This document shows, piece by piece, positions 47,477 through 56,508 of a DNA stretch of 64,000 nt; positions within the stretch are counted from its first letter, which is position 1, and every line of letters starts with the position of its first letter. Below the pieces are notes generated by a model. The model saw only the letters and a list, made by a program, of their open reading frames with translations. It was not told where the DNA came from and did not search any database. Both the position numbers and the translations under genes were made by a program. Source of the DNA: an uncultured Thermoleophilia bacterium (GTDB lineage Bacteria > Actinomycetota > Thermoleophilia > UBA2241); the NCBI GenBank assembly GCA_963715985.1, contig CAVQSP010000003.1, forward strand, positions 1 to 64,000, read 5' to 3'.

Positions 47477-48136
47477 TCAAACGCCGTCGGCAGCGCGCGA
47501 GCAGGCCCAGGTCGTGAGGATCTGGGCCAACAGGTCGAGGGCGGCGTCCGGGGGAAAGCGCTCGGGGGAGATCATACGCTGCGCGCCGAGGCCGTCGACG
47601 ACGGCGAAAAGGAGCTGGGCGAAGCCTCTGACCTGGTCGTCGTCCAGACCGGGAAGGCTCGAGGCGAACAAGCGCGCGTACACGCGCGTGGCAAATTCGT
47701 ACATCTCCTCGAGGCGGCTGTTGTTGCGCCCGTCGCGCGTCGCTGCCGGGATCAGTTCGAAGAAGGCGACGTACGTCTCCGTGTCTTTGATCATCTCCAG
47801 CTTCGCCTGCATGAAAGCCCGCAGGCTGTCCTTATCGCGGAGAACGGGCTCGGACGGGATGGAGAAGAGCGAAAGAAGACGCCGATTGTTGTCGTAGATC
47901 CAGGAGTCGACGACCAACTCGATGAGCCCGGCCTTGTTGCCGAAGTAGTAGCGGACGGCCGTCTTGTTGAGCTGACACTCGTTGGCGATGTTCTCGATGC
48001 TCAGGTAGCTGTATCCCCTGTCGACGAGCAGTCGGCGCGTCGTTACGACGATTCGCCTTGCTGTATCGGTGAGGGCTTCCAGCGGGTCAGGCATCGGCAG
48101 TTCGACTGCCACATCCATCGGCGGATCGACTGCCAA
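47477..48136 (-). CDS. TetR/AcrR-family regulator
   Basis: DPLEALTDTARRI..GYSYLSIENIANECQLNKTAVRYYFGNKAGL; TTG start after GAGGAGG; paralog of the TetRs at 13674 and 53694. Confidence 0.85.
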   Translation of the reverse strand: MAVDPPMDVAVELPMPDPLEALTDTARRIVVTTRRLLVDRGYSYLSIENIANECQLNKTAVRYYFGNKAGLIELVVDSWIYDNNRRLLSLFSIPSEPVLRDKDSLRAFMQAKLEMIKDTETYVAFFELIPAATRDGRNNSRLEEMYEFATRVYARLFASSLPGLDDDQVRGFAQLLFAVVDGLGAQRMISPERFPPDAALDLLAQILTTWACSRAADGV

Positions 48137-48336
48137 ATCCCCTCCTCGCTTGTGAATCCGCTTCGTGGGCGCCCGCCAGGCGGCAAGACACCGCGTCTTC
48201 CCGTGGCCTTTTTCCAGACTACCAACGGGTGGTGCATCCCGCAACAACGACGGTTCGCGGCGTGAACTTCCGCGCCACCTTCGAGGGATGCAGCGAGGGC
48301 CGTTCGACCGCGGGTACCACGAGGCACCGTGGCCGC

Positions 48337-48383
48337 TTGACTCTCCTCGACAAGGTGCTAGGCTGCCCACCAACCGTGTGGTG
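48337..48383 (+). promoter_or_regulatory. mtmB-operon promoter TTGACT-N16-TAGGCT with palindrome CACCAACCGTGTGGTG
   Basis: -35 at 48337-48342, extended -10 at 48359-48364 and operator at 48368-48383; a related site TACCAACGGGTGGTG lies at 48220-48234. Confidence 0.7.
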
Positions 48384-48505
48384 TACAGCATCTCAGCCGT
48401 CTGCCGGAGTCGTCGGTCGCAGAGGGGAGACCAGTAGGGCGGCCGGTGTTCTTCGACGATTCGGAGTGTCACGACACTTCGGACGAAGCAGGGGAGGCAC
48501 GCATC

Positions 48506-49876
48506 GTGATCAGGTATCTCGAGGTGGTCGATCGGGCCATGACAGGGCAGTACCGCAAGGAGATGGACTTCACCATGAAGGTGCTGGTCCCGAAGCTCAA
48601 GCAGTTGGTCGTGAAGCACGGCATCAAGTACGACCCCGACATCCCGGTGCCGTATGACGACGATCTTGCCGACCGCGTGTTCCAGGCGGGATTCGAACTG
48701 TATCGGGACGTCGGGCTGTACTGCCCGGACTCGCAGCGCATCATGAGGTTCACGGAGGAGGAGCTGCTGCAGGCGCTCAAGGACTCCCCGGCCGAGACTG
48801 TCCTCGGGGAGGGCAAGCAGCAGCGCACCCTTGCGCCCCGGCAGCCGGACTCGGACGTCCCGCCGTGGTGCTGGCTCGGCGCCCTCGGCGCCGCGGTCTC
48901 CAACGAGGAGTTCTACTCCAGCATCATGGAGGCCTACGCCACCTACCTGCCTCTGGCCGACTCGATCACCGCGCCGAGCCTGGCGAGCTTCAATGGGCGA
49001 ACGGTGCGGACCGGCACTCCCCTGGAGGTGATCGCCGCGATGCGGGTCACCAGCCTGGGAAAGGACGCCCTGCGCCGGGGCAACCGGCCGGGGCTTCCCA
49101 TCATGAACTCCATTGCCACGGCCGGTTCCGACGTCGCGAAGATCGCCGGCAGCTCCTTCGGGCTGCAGACCTGGGACACGTGGGTCGTCGGCCACACCGC
49201 CGAATTCAAGCTCGGCTTCGAGCGACTCAACGAGATCGCCTGGATCATCGGCACCGGGGGAGGACTCATCGCCGAGTGCGCCCCGATCCTCGGCGGCTAC
49301 TGCGGGGGGCCGGAGGGCGTCGCGGTGGCCAATGCAGCCTACCTTCTCAGCGGCATCATCGCGATGCAGGCCGACGCCTTGCTCACCTTCCCGACCCATT
49401 TCAACCTCGGGTGCACCACCGAACGCTCTGTGATCTGGGCGAAGTCGGTGAGCGTGCAGGCCATGACCCGCAACAGCCACTTCCCCGTCTTCGTGGATCA
49501 CTACACCGCCCACGGCCCCATGACGGAGATGTTCTTCTACGAGAATGCCGCCGACGTGATCGCCTCGGTGGTCTCCGGCGGCCATGTCACCGCCACGGGC
49601 TCCGCCAAAGGCACGCACATGGACCACTTCACGCCCATGGAGCCTCGGTTCTCTGGCGAGGTGGCGCACGGCTCCGCGGGCATGACCCGAGAAGAGGCCA
49701 ACGAGATCGTCAAGCGCCTGCTCGAGCGGTACGAGAGCACGCTGGCCCAGGCCTCCCCCGGGCAGACGTACGAAGAGTGCTGGGACACCCGCCGCAAGGA
49801 GCCGAACCCCGAGTACGTCGAGCTCTACGAGTCGGTGACGAAGGACCTCGCGAGTCTGGGGGTCCGGCTCGTCTGA
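48506..49876 (+). CDS. mtmB: Monomethylamine:corrinoid methyltransferase (MtmB) family protein lacking pyrrolysine
   Basis: DRAMTG, FQAGFEL, GLYCPDSQRIMRFTEEE, PILGGYCGG, GPMTEM, SAKG, TPMEPRF.GEVA and GQTYEECWD match the MtmB pattern. RPGLPI-M-NS has ATG (49103-49105) where MtmB has RPGMGV-O-GP. Confidence 0.88.
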   Translation: MIRYLEVVDRAMTGQYRKEMDFTMKVLVPKLKQLVVKHGIKYDPDIPVPYDDDLADRVFQAGFELYRDVGLYCPDSQRIMRFTEEELLQALKDSPAETVLGEGKQQRTLAPRQPDSDVPPWCWLGALGAAVSNEEFYSSIMEAYATYLPLADSITAPSLASFNGRTVRTGTPLEVIAAMRVTSLGKDALRRGNRPGLPIMNSIATAGSDVAKIAGSSFGLQTWDTWVVGHTAEFKLGFERLNEIAWIIGTGGGLIAECAPILGGYCGGPEGVAVANAAYLLSGIIAMQADALLTFPTHFNLGCTTERSVIWAKSVSVQAMTRNSHFPVFVDHYTAHGPMTEMFFYENAADVIASVVSGGHVTATGSAKGTHMDHFTPMEPRFSGEVAHGSAGMTREEANEIVKRLLERYESTLAQASPGQTYEECWDTRRKEPNPEYVELYESVTKDLASLGVRLV

Positions 49877-49970
49877 GCCCGGCAGACACGGCGGGGCGCC
49901 GGGCCCGGCTGGCGGGCGCGCCGGGTTCGCGTCCGCGGTGGCGAGCACAACTGGCAAGAGGGAGAGTGCG

Positions 49971-50636
49971 ATGGAACGGCTCTTTGCAGAACTCAAGCAA
50001 GCGGTCATCACCGCTGACGAAGGGCTCGCGAGCGAGGCCGCGAGGCAGGTCGTGGCCCAGAGCGACGATCTTCTCGCTGCCGTTGAGCAGGGTCTGTCAG
50101 CGGGGATGACGGTCATCGGACAGGACTTCGAGAGGGGTGAGTGCTTCCTCCCCGAGCTCATCGGCGCCTCCCAGGCGTTCAACGCCGCCATGAAGGTCCT
50201 GGAGCCGGAGATCGACAAGGCCGGTGGAGACTTGAAGCGCCCCGGCGTCGCGGTGGTGGGCACCGTGGCGGGCGACGTGCACAACATCGGCAAGGACATC
50301 TTCGCCATGCTGCTGAAGGTCCGCGGCTTCGAGGTCCACGACCTCGGCGCGGACGTCTCCATGGGGAGCTACGTGGAGGCGGTGGAGGAGGTCGGTGCGG
50401 ACCTGATCGGAATGTCCGCGCTGCTCACGACCACCATGCCGAGCCAGAAAGAGGTCATCGACATGCTCGGCGAACTGGGCATGCGTGACAGGTATGTCGT
50501 CATGGTCGGCGGCGGTCCGGTGTCCCAGCAATGGGCCGACCAGATCGGTGCGGACGGCTACGCCGACACGGCGGAGGAGGGCGCTGAGCTCGCCCTCAAG
50601 CTGGTCGCCGAGAAGAAGGCGAAGACGACCGCTTGA
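49971..50636 (+). CDS. Corrinoid protein (MtmC/MttC-like), copy 3
   Basis: CFLPEL, GTVAGDVHNIGK (DxHxxG), SALLTTT and VGGGP. Confidence 0.92.
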   Translation: MERLFAELKQAVITADEGLASEAARQVVAQSDDLLAAVEQGLSAGMTVIGQDFERGECFLPELIGASQAFNAAMKVLEPEIDKAGGDLKRPGVAVVGTVAGDVHNIGKDIFAMLLKVRGFEVHDLGADVSMGSYVEAVEEVGADLIGMSALLTTTMPSQKEVIDMLGELGMRDRYVVMVGGGPVSQQWADQIGADGYADTAEEGAELALKLVAEKKAKTTA

Positions 50637-50697
50637 ACCGAAGGGAATCACGGGGGTCGGGGCGAGGTGCGCCGGCCCTGGAATCTAGGAGGAAGCG

Positions 50698-52056
50698 ATG
50701 ACAATGACTGAGTTTGGGCCCTATCTCAAGGTGAACGAAGGAGGGCAGCTCGAGATCGAAGGGCTCTCGGTGGTCGACCTCGCAGAACAGTACGGCACAC
50801 CGCTCTTCGTCATCTCGGAGAACACCATCCGGGCCCGCATCCGCCGGATGCAGAAGGCGTTCACCGACCACTACCCCAACGAGATGATCATCTGCGTCGG
50901 CATGAAGGCCCAATGGGGCCTGGCCGTGCGCCGGGTCGTGGTCAAGGAGGGGGCCGGCGGCGACGCCTTCGGTCTGGGTGAGCTGACCGTCGCGATGATG
51001 GCCGGCTCTGACCCGAGGAAGATCGTCCTCAACGGGGCGAACAAGGCCGAGGATGCTCTGCGCGCTGCCATCGACACGGGCATCCTGATCCAGGTCGACC
51101 ACGAGGACGAGCTCGAGGCGGTCGAGAGGCTGGCCGGCGAGATGGGCAAGACGGCCCGGGTGTCACTGCGGATCCGCCTGCCGCTCAACGCCATCGAGGA
51201 GGTCGTCTACGTCGACCCGCGCTACCCCGAAGGCATCAGCCCCACCTACTGGGAGCGGACCTTCAAGTTCGGTCTGGACCCCGAGAACTACTTCGCGGAG
51301 GTCGAGCGGGCCCTGGCGCTGAAGAACATCTCCCTTGAAGGCGTCATGTACCACGGCGGTATCCCGCGTCGCGCGGGGTACTTCCGCGAAGAGACCGAGG
51401 AACTGGTCGACATGATCGGCCAGATCAAGGCGAAGTTCGGGTGGTCACCCCAGTACCTCAACATCGGCGGCGGCTTCGTGCCCGAGCGGGTGGGACAGGA
51501 GATCCCCCCGTCGATCGAGGAGTACGCCGAGGTCATCAGCAAGGCCATCGTCTCCAAGTGCGAGGAGCACGGTCTCCCGGTGCCGGTGCTTCTGGCCGAG
51601 CCGGGACGCTACTGCGTGGACAGCGCAGGCATCTGGGTCGTCAAGGTCGGCAGCCTCAAGGACGACCGCAATCTGGCGAAGAAGAAGTGGGTCTACGTAG
51701 ACGGCAACACCAACGAGATGGGCGACCCCTTCGACCCGTACAATCGCGTCCACCACGTCGTCATCGCCAACGACCCGTACCGGGAGGGCACCGAGGTCGT
51801 CGAGATCGCCGGCCAGACGTGCAACGCGGCGGACGTCCTCGTCAAGGACCGCGAGCTTGCCAAGATGCGGGTGGGCGACACCCTCGCCTTCCTCGAGATG
51901 GGAGCCTACAACGAGGGCTTTGCCTGCCAGTCCAACGCCATCCCCAGGTCGGCCACGGTGATGGTGTGCGACGGGCGCGCGGCGGTCGTTCGGCGCAGAG
52001 AGACCGTGTCGGACGTACTCGCTCGCGAGAGCGTGCCGCCATGGCTGATGACCTGA
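50698..52056 (+). CDS. PLP-dependent fold-type III decarboxylase, divergent diaminopimelate decarboxylase (LysA)-like
   Basis: LAEQYGTPLFV, GMKAQ (PLP Lys), LNGANK, KFG, LNIGGGF, AEPGRY, GQTCNAADV and MGAY. Confidence 0.82.
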   Translation: MTMTEFGPYLKVNEGGQLEIEGLSVVDLAEQYGTPLFVISENTIRARIRRMQKAFTDHYPNEMIICVGMKAQWGLAVRRVVVKEGAGGDAFGLGELTVAMMAGSDPRKIVLNGANKAEDALRAAIDTGILIQVDHEDELEAVERLAGEMGKTARVSLRIRLPLNAIEEVVYVDPRYPEGISPTYWERTFKFGLDPENYFAEVERALALKNISLEGVMYHGGIPRRAGYFREETEELVDMIGQIKAKFGWSPQYLNIGGGFVPERVGQEIPPSIEEYAEVISKAIVSKCEEHGLPVPVLLAEPGRYCVDSAGIWVVKVGSLKDDRNLAKKKWVYVDGNTNEMGDPFDPYNRVHHVVIANDPYREGTEVVEIAGQTCNAADVLVKDRELAKMRVGDTLAFLEMGAYNEGFACQSNAIPRSATVMVCDGRAAVVRRRETVSDVLARESVPPWLMT

Positions 52057-52105
52057 ACGGCTCTTCGCACCTTGTGACGCGTCCGGACAAAAGGAGGCGA
52101 CCGGA

Positions 52106-53573
52106 GTGAAACGTAATGTGCATGCGGGACATCGCATGAGCGGCGGCTTGCGCCTCGAAGTATTCACGCCCGACGAGCTCCAGGACATCCATCTGGGGAC
52201 ACTCGATGTGCTCGAGCGGACCGGCGTCTACGTCGAGAGCGAGGAGGCCCAGGAGATCTTCGCGGGGGCCGGCGCGCGGGTCGGGGCCGACGGCGTCGTG
52301 AGGATCCCCGGGTCACGTCGTCGAGGAGGCCATCCGCTCCACGCCGTCGCAGCTTGCGATGTACGGACGGGATCCCAAGCACGACGTCGTCCTCGAGGAC
52401 GGACGCGTCAACTTCCTCAACTTCGGTGAGGCCGTCTTCGTCGCCGATCCCGAGACCGGAGAGCTGCGGCAGACGTTGAAGCAGGACGTCGCCGACATCT
52501 CGCGGGTCATCGACGCGCTGCCCCAGATCGACGCGATCCTGCGGCCGGCCGGCGCCCACGACGTGCCCGAGCCGGTGGGCCCGCTCCACAACGCTGAGGC
52601 GATCTTCACGAACTGCTCCAAACACGCCATCATCGGCCCCCTGACCGGCTACCTGGCGCGGCGCATGCGCGAGATGGCGGCGGCGCTCGTGGGCGGGGCG
52701 GAGCAGCTGCGTGAGCGCCCCATCTTCTCCTACGTGGTCTGTCCGGTCAGCCCTCTCAATCTGCCGAAGGACGTGAGCGACGTCATCGTCGAGGGCGCGC
52801 GCGAGGCGGTGCCGACATCCGTCGTGTCGATGGCGCTGGCGGGGGGCTCCGCGCCTGTGAACCTGGCGGGCGCAGTCATCGTGCACAACGCAGAGGTGCT
52901 CTCCGCCCTCACCCTGGCGCAGCTGACCAGGCGTGGCGCCTCGATGATCTACGGGAGCTCGACGACCGCGCTCGACCTGCGCTACGCGGTCGCCACGGTG
53001 GGCAGCCCCGAGTGCGGGCTCATCAACGCCGCCATCGCCTGCCTCGCGCGTCACTACGGCCTGCCCAGCTGGGTCGCCGGCTTGTAGGGCGACTCCAAAG
53101 TGGTGGACGCGCAGTCCGGCCACGAGAAGACCCTCACCGGTCTGCTGACGGCGTTGGCAGGTGCCAACCTCATCTACGGTGCGGGGATGCTCGACACGGC
53201 CATGACCATCGATTACGGCCAGCTGGTGCTGGACGCCGAGTTCGCCGAGCTCATCAAGTGCTGCGTCAACGGGGTGCCCGTGAACGACGAGACGCTCTCG
53301 CTCGACGTGATCAACGACGTCGGCCCCTTCCACGACTTCCTCAGCCACGCCGACACCCTGCGCCACATGCGCATCCAGTCGCAGCCCATGTTGGTCGACC
53401 GCCGCGTCCGCGAGGAGTGGAGCGCCAACGGGTCGACGGACATCGCCGAGCGCGCCACCGCCAGGGCCCGCGAGATCCTTGCGACGCACGTGCCCACGCC
53501 GCTCCCGGAGGGTGCGGCGGAGGAGATGCGGGCCATCATCAGGAACGCGGAGCGCGAACTCGGGTGCACGTGA
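52106..53573 (+). CDS. mttB: Pyrrolysine-containing MttB-family methyltransferase, copy 1 (in-frame TAG 53085-53087; +1 frameshift near 52312)
   Basis: ORFs 52106, 52359..53087 and 53100..53573 form one MttB. LPSWVAGL-TAG-GDSKVVDAQSGHEKT aligns to the Pyl motif AGT-O-SDAK..AGHEK. Confidence 0.9.
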
Positions 53574-53693
53574 GGGTTGCCGGTGGCGCGGAAGAGGCAC
53601 GCCGGCTTGGAGCAGCGCAGGGCCGGAGGATGAGCCGGGAAGGCTCCTGGAGCACCGGCGATCCGTCTCTCGTCGCCGGGTCAGGGTGAGGCG

Positions 53694-54386
53694 TCAGGCC
53701 GCCGACCCGGCTCCCGGGTGGGTGGCTCGGCCGGCGCCGCCGGCCGACTCGGTGGCCGCGCCCGCGGTCCTTCGCGTCGAGATCCACACGTCGAGGATCG
53801 ACTCGAGCATGTCGTAGGCCTCGCCGGTGTCGAGTTTCTCCGGGTCCATCGCATATTGCACAGCCAGCCCGTCGACCACGGCGATGATCAGCCTCGTGAA
53901 ACCGCGCATCTCGCGCGGTGTCAGGTCGGGGAGGTCGTCCGCGAGGATGCGGCTGTAGGTCTCCATGGCCCACTCGTACAGTGCCGTGATGCGCGCGTTG
54001 TGGCGTTCGTCGCGCAGGATCTCCGGGAGCAACTCGAGGAACGCGAGGTAGAGATCCGTGTTCTCGCTCATCTGCTGCTTGGCCTCGCGGAACGCGTGGA
54101 GCCGCTCCTCGGCCGGTCGCGCGACGAGCCCCGGGAGGACGAGGCCGATGTTCTCGTGGACCCAGGTGTCCACCACCGCCTCCATGAGGCCGGCCTTGTT
54201 CCCGAAGTAGTACCGGATCGCCGTCTTGTCGAGCCCGCAGGCGCTCGAGACACTCTCCAGGGTGAGCGATGGATAGCCCTTCTGGATGAGGAGGCGCAGC
54301 GACTCTTCGACGATCCGCTGTGCGGTCGGGGGCAGCTCGGCGAGAGGATCACGCTGAGCGACTGAGGCTTTGGCTCCCACTCCCAC
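53694..54386 (-). CDS. TetR/AcrR-family regulator
   Basis: DPLAELPPTAQRI..GYPSLTLESVSSACGLDKTAIRYYFGNKAGL; AAGGAGG RBS. Confidence 0.87.
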   Translation of the reverse strand: MGVGAKASVAQRDPLAELPPTAQRIVEESLRLLIQKGYPSLTLESVSSACGLDKTAIRYYFGNKAGLMEAVVDTWVHENIGLVLPGLVARPAEERLHAFREAKQQMSENTDLYLAFLELLPEILRDERHNARITALYEWAMETYSRILADDLPDLTPREMRGFTRLIIAVVDGLAVQYAMDPEKLDTGEAYDMLESILDVWISTRRTAGAATESAGGAGRATHPGAGSAA

Positions 54387-54453
54387 TCGTCCTCCTTGGC
54401 GGATGGCTGGCACGGGAGCGCCTGATGCCGGAGATCGGCGGGTGCTTCCGCGA

Positions 54454-54515
54454 TTGACACGGTCCCAAGTGATGCTACAGTCTACACCCACCGGTGGGTG
54501 GCCACCACGCGGTGG
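54454..54515 (+). promoter_or_regulatory. prpE-mttB operon promoter TTGACA-N16-TACAGT with perfect palindrome CACCCACCGGTGGGTG
   Basis: -35 at 54454-54459, extended -10 at 54476-54481, palindrome at 54485-54500 and a weaker second site at 54503-54515. Confidence 0.72.
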
Positions 54516-54553
54516 ACTCAATCGTCTCGCCGCCGCCCGATGCGAGGAGCTAC

Positions 54554-56458
54554 ATGAGTGAAGCATACGAAGCGGCCTACCAGGCGTCCATCCTGCGGCC
54601 GGAGAGCTTCTGGGCCGAGGCCGCCGAGGGCATCGAGTGGACGCGGCGCTGGGACGCGGTCCTCGACCGCAGCGCCGCTCCCGCCCCGCGCTGGTTCGCC
54701 GGCGGCAGCCTCAACACCTGCTACAACGCCATCGACCGTCACGTCCTCGCCGGCAGGGGGGAGGCCGCCGCGGTCATCTACGACAGCCCGGTGACGGGCG
54801 CGAACGCGCGCCTCACCTACGCCGAGCTCCTCGAGGAGGTCTCGCGCTTCGCCGGCGGCCTGCGCGATCTTGGCGTGGAGCGCGGCGACCGTGTCGTCAT
54901 CTACATGCCGATGATCCCGCAGACGCTCGTCGCCATGCTCGCCTGCGCGCGCCTCGGCGCGGTGCACTCCGTGGTCTTCGGCGGTTTCGCCGCGCAGGAG
55001 CTCGCGACCCGCGTCGACGACGCCGAGCCCAAGGTCATCGTGTGGGCCTCGTGTGGGATCGAGGGCAGCCGGGTCATCCCCTACAAGCCGCTGCTCGACC
55101 GCGCCATTGAGCTGGCGCAGCGGCCGCCGGCGGCTACGGTCGTCTTCCAGCGCGAGCAGCAGCTCGCGCCGCTCGTCGACGGCAGGGACCACGACTGGGG
55201 CGAACTGAGGCGGGCCGCGCCGGCCGCCTGCGTCTCCGTCGCGGCCACGGACCCCCTCTACATCCTCTATACGTCGGGGACGACCGGCAAACCGAAGGGC
55301 GTGGTCCGGGACCACGGCGGCCACGCCGTCGCCCTGCTCTGGTCGATGAGGAACCTCTACGACGTCGGCCCCGGCGAGGTCTTTTGGGCCGCCTCCGACA
55401 TGGGTTGGGTGGTCGGCCACTCCTACATCGTCTACGCGCCGCTGCTGGCCGGCGCCACCACCGTCGTCTACGAAGGCAAGCCGGTGGGCACGCCGGACGC
55501 CGGCGCCTTCTGGCGCGTCATCGCCGAGCACCGCGTCAAGGCGCTCTTCACGGCCCCGACCGCGATCCGCGCGATCCGCCGCGAGGACCCGCAGGGCGAG
55601 CTCGTGAAGAGCTACGACACGAGCTCCCTGGAGGCGCTCTACCTGGCCGGGGAGCGTCTCGACCCCGACACCTACCACTGGGCCGGCGAGGTCCTCGGCG
55701 TGCCGGTGGTCGACCACTGGTGGCAGACCGAGACCGGCTGGGCGATCTGCGCCAACTGCCGGGGCCTCGAGGAGCTGCCCATGAAGGCGGGCTCGCCGAC
55801 AAGGCCGGTGCCGGGCTTCGACCTCGTGGTGCTGGATGCGTCCGGCGAGCCGCTGGAGCCGCCGGCGGAAGGCACCCTGGCCTTGCGCCTGCCCTTGCCC
55901 CCCGGCGCGCTGCCGACGCTGTGGCACAACGACGAGGGCTTCGTGACCACCTATCTGGCGCCGTTCCCCGGCTACTACTTCACCGGCGACAGCGGCAGCA
56001 TCGACGCGGACGGCTACGTCTTCGTCATGGGTCGCGTCGACGACATCATCAACGTCGCCGGTCACCGGCTTTCGACGGGGCGCATGGAGGAGGTCCTCGC
56101 CGCCCATCCTGACGTCGCCGAGTGCGCCGTGGTCGGTGCTGCCGACGACCTCAAGGGTCAGATCCCGCTGGGGCTCGTGGTGCTCAAGGAGGGAGCCGCC
56201 CGCGAGCCCGAGGATGTCACCGCCGAGCTCGTGCGTATGGTGCGCGAGCAGGTCGGGCCGGTGGCTGCCTTCAAGCGCGCGCTGGTCGTCCAGCGTCTGC
56301 CCAAGACGCGCTCCGGCAAGATCCTGCGCAGCGCCATCCGCAAGCTCGCCGACGGCGTCGAGTTCGCGACGCCGGCGACCATCGAGGACGCCTCCGTCAT
56401 CGAGGACCTGCGGATCGCCTTGGGTCATGACCAGCGCACGCAATCGCCGACCGGCTGA
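54554..56458 (+). CDS. prpE: Propionyl-CoA synthetase / short-chain acyl-CoA ligase
   Basis: LNTCYNAIDRH, HSVVFGGFA, YTSGTTGKPKG, VDHWWQTETG, YFTGD, NVAGHRLSTG and PKTRSGKILR. Confidence 0.9.
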   Translation: MSEAYEAAYQASILRPESFWAEAAEGIEWTRRWDAVLDRSAAPAPRWFAGGSLNTCYNAIDRHVLAGRGEAAAVIYDSPVTGANARLTYAELLEEVSRFAGGLRDLGVERGDRVVIYMPMIPQTLVAMLACARLGAVHSVVFGGFAAQELATRVDDAEPKVIVWASCGIEGSRVIPYKPLLDRAIELAQRPPAATVVFQREQQLAPLVDGRDHDWGELRRAAPAACVSVAATDPLYILYTSGTTGKPKGVVRDHGGHAVALLWSMRNLYDVGPGEVFWAASDMGWVVGHSYIVYAPLLAGATTVVYEGKPVGTPDAGAFWRVIAEHRVKALFTAPTAIRAIRREDPQGELVKSYDTSSLEALYLAGERLDPDTYHWAGEVLGVPVVDHWWQTETGWAICANCRGLEELPMKAGSPTRPVPGFDLVVLDASGEPLEPPAEGTLALRLPLPPGALPTLWHNDEGFVTTYLAPFPGYYFTGDSGSIDADGYVFVMGRVDDIINVAGHRLSTGRMEEVLAAHPDVAECAVVGAADDLKGQIPLGLVVLKEGAAREPEDVTAELVRMVREQVGPVAAFKRALVVQRLPKTRSGKILRSAIRKLADGVEFATPATIEDASVIEDLRIALGHDQRTQSPTG

Positions 56459-56508
56459 CAGGCACGAGCCCGGCCCCCTCACGGGCCCCCGAGGAAGGTA
56501 GGACAGCA

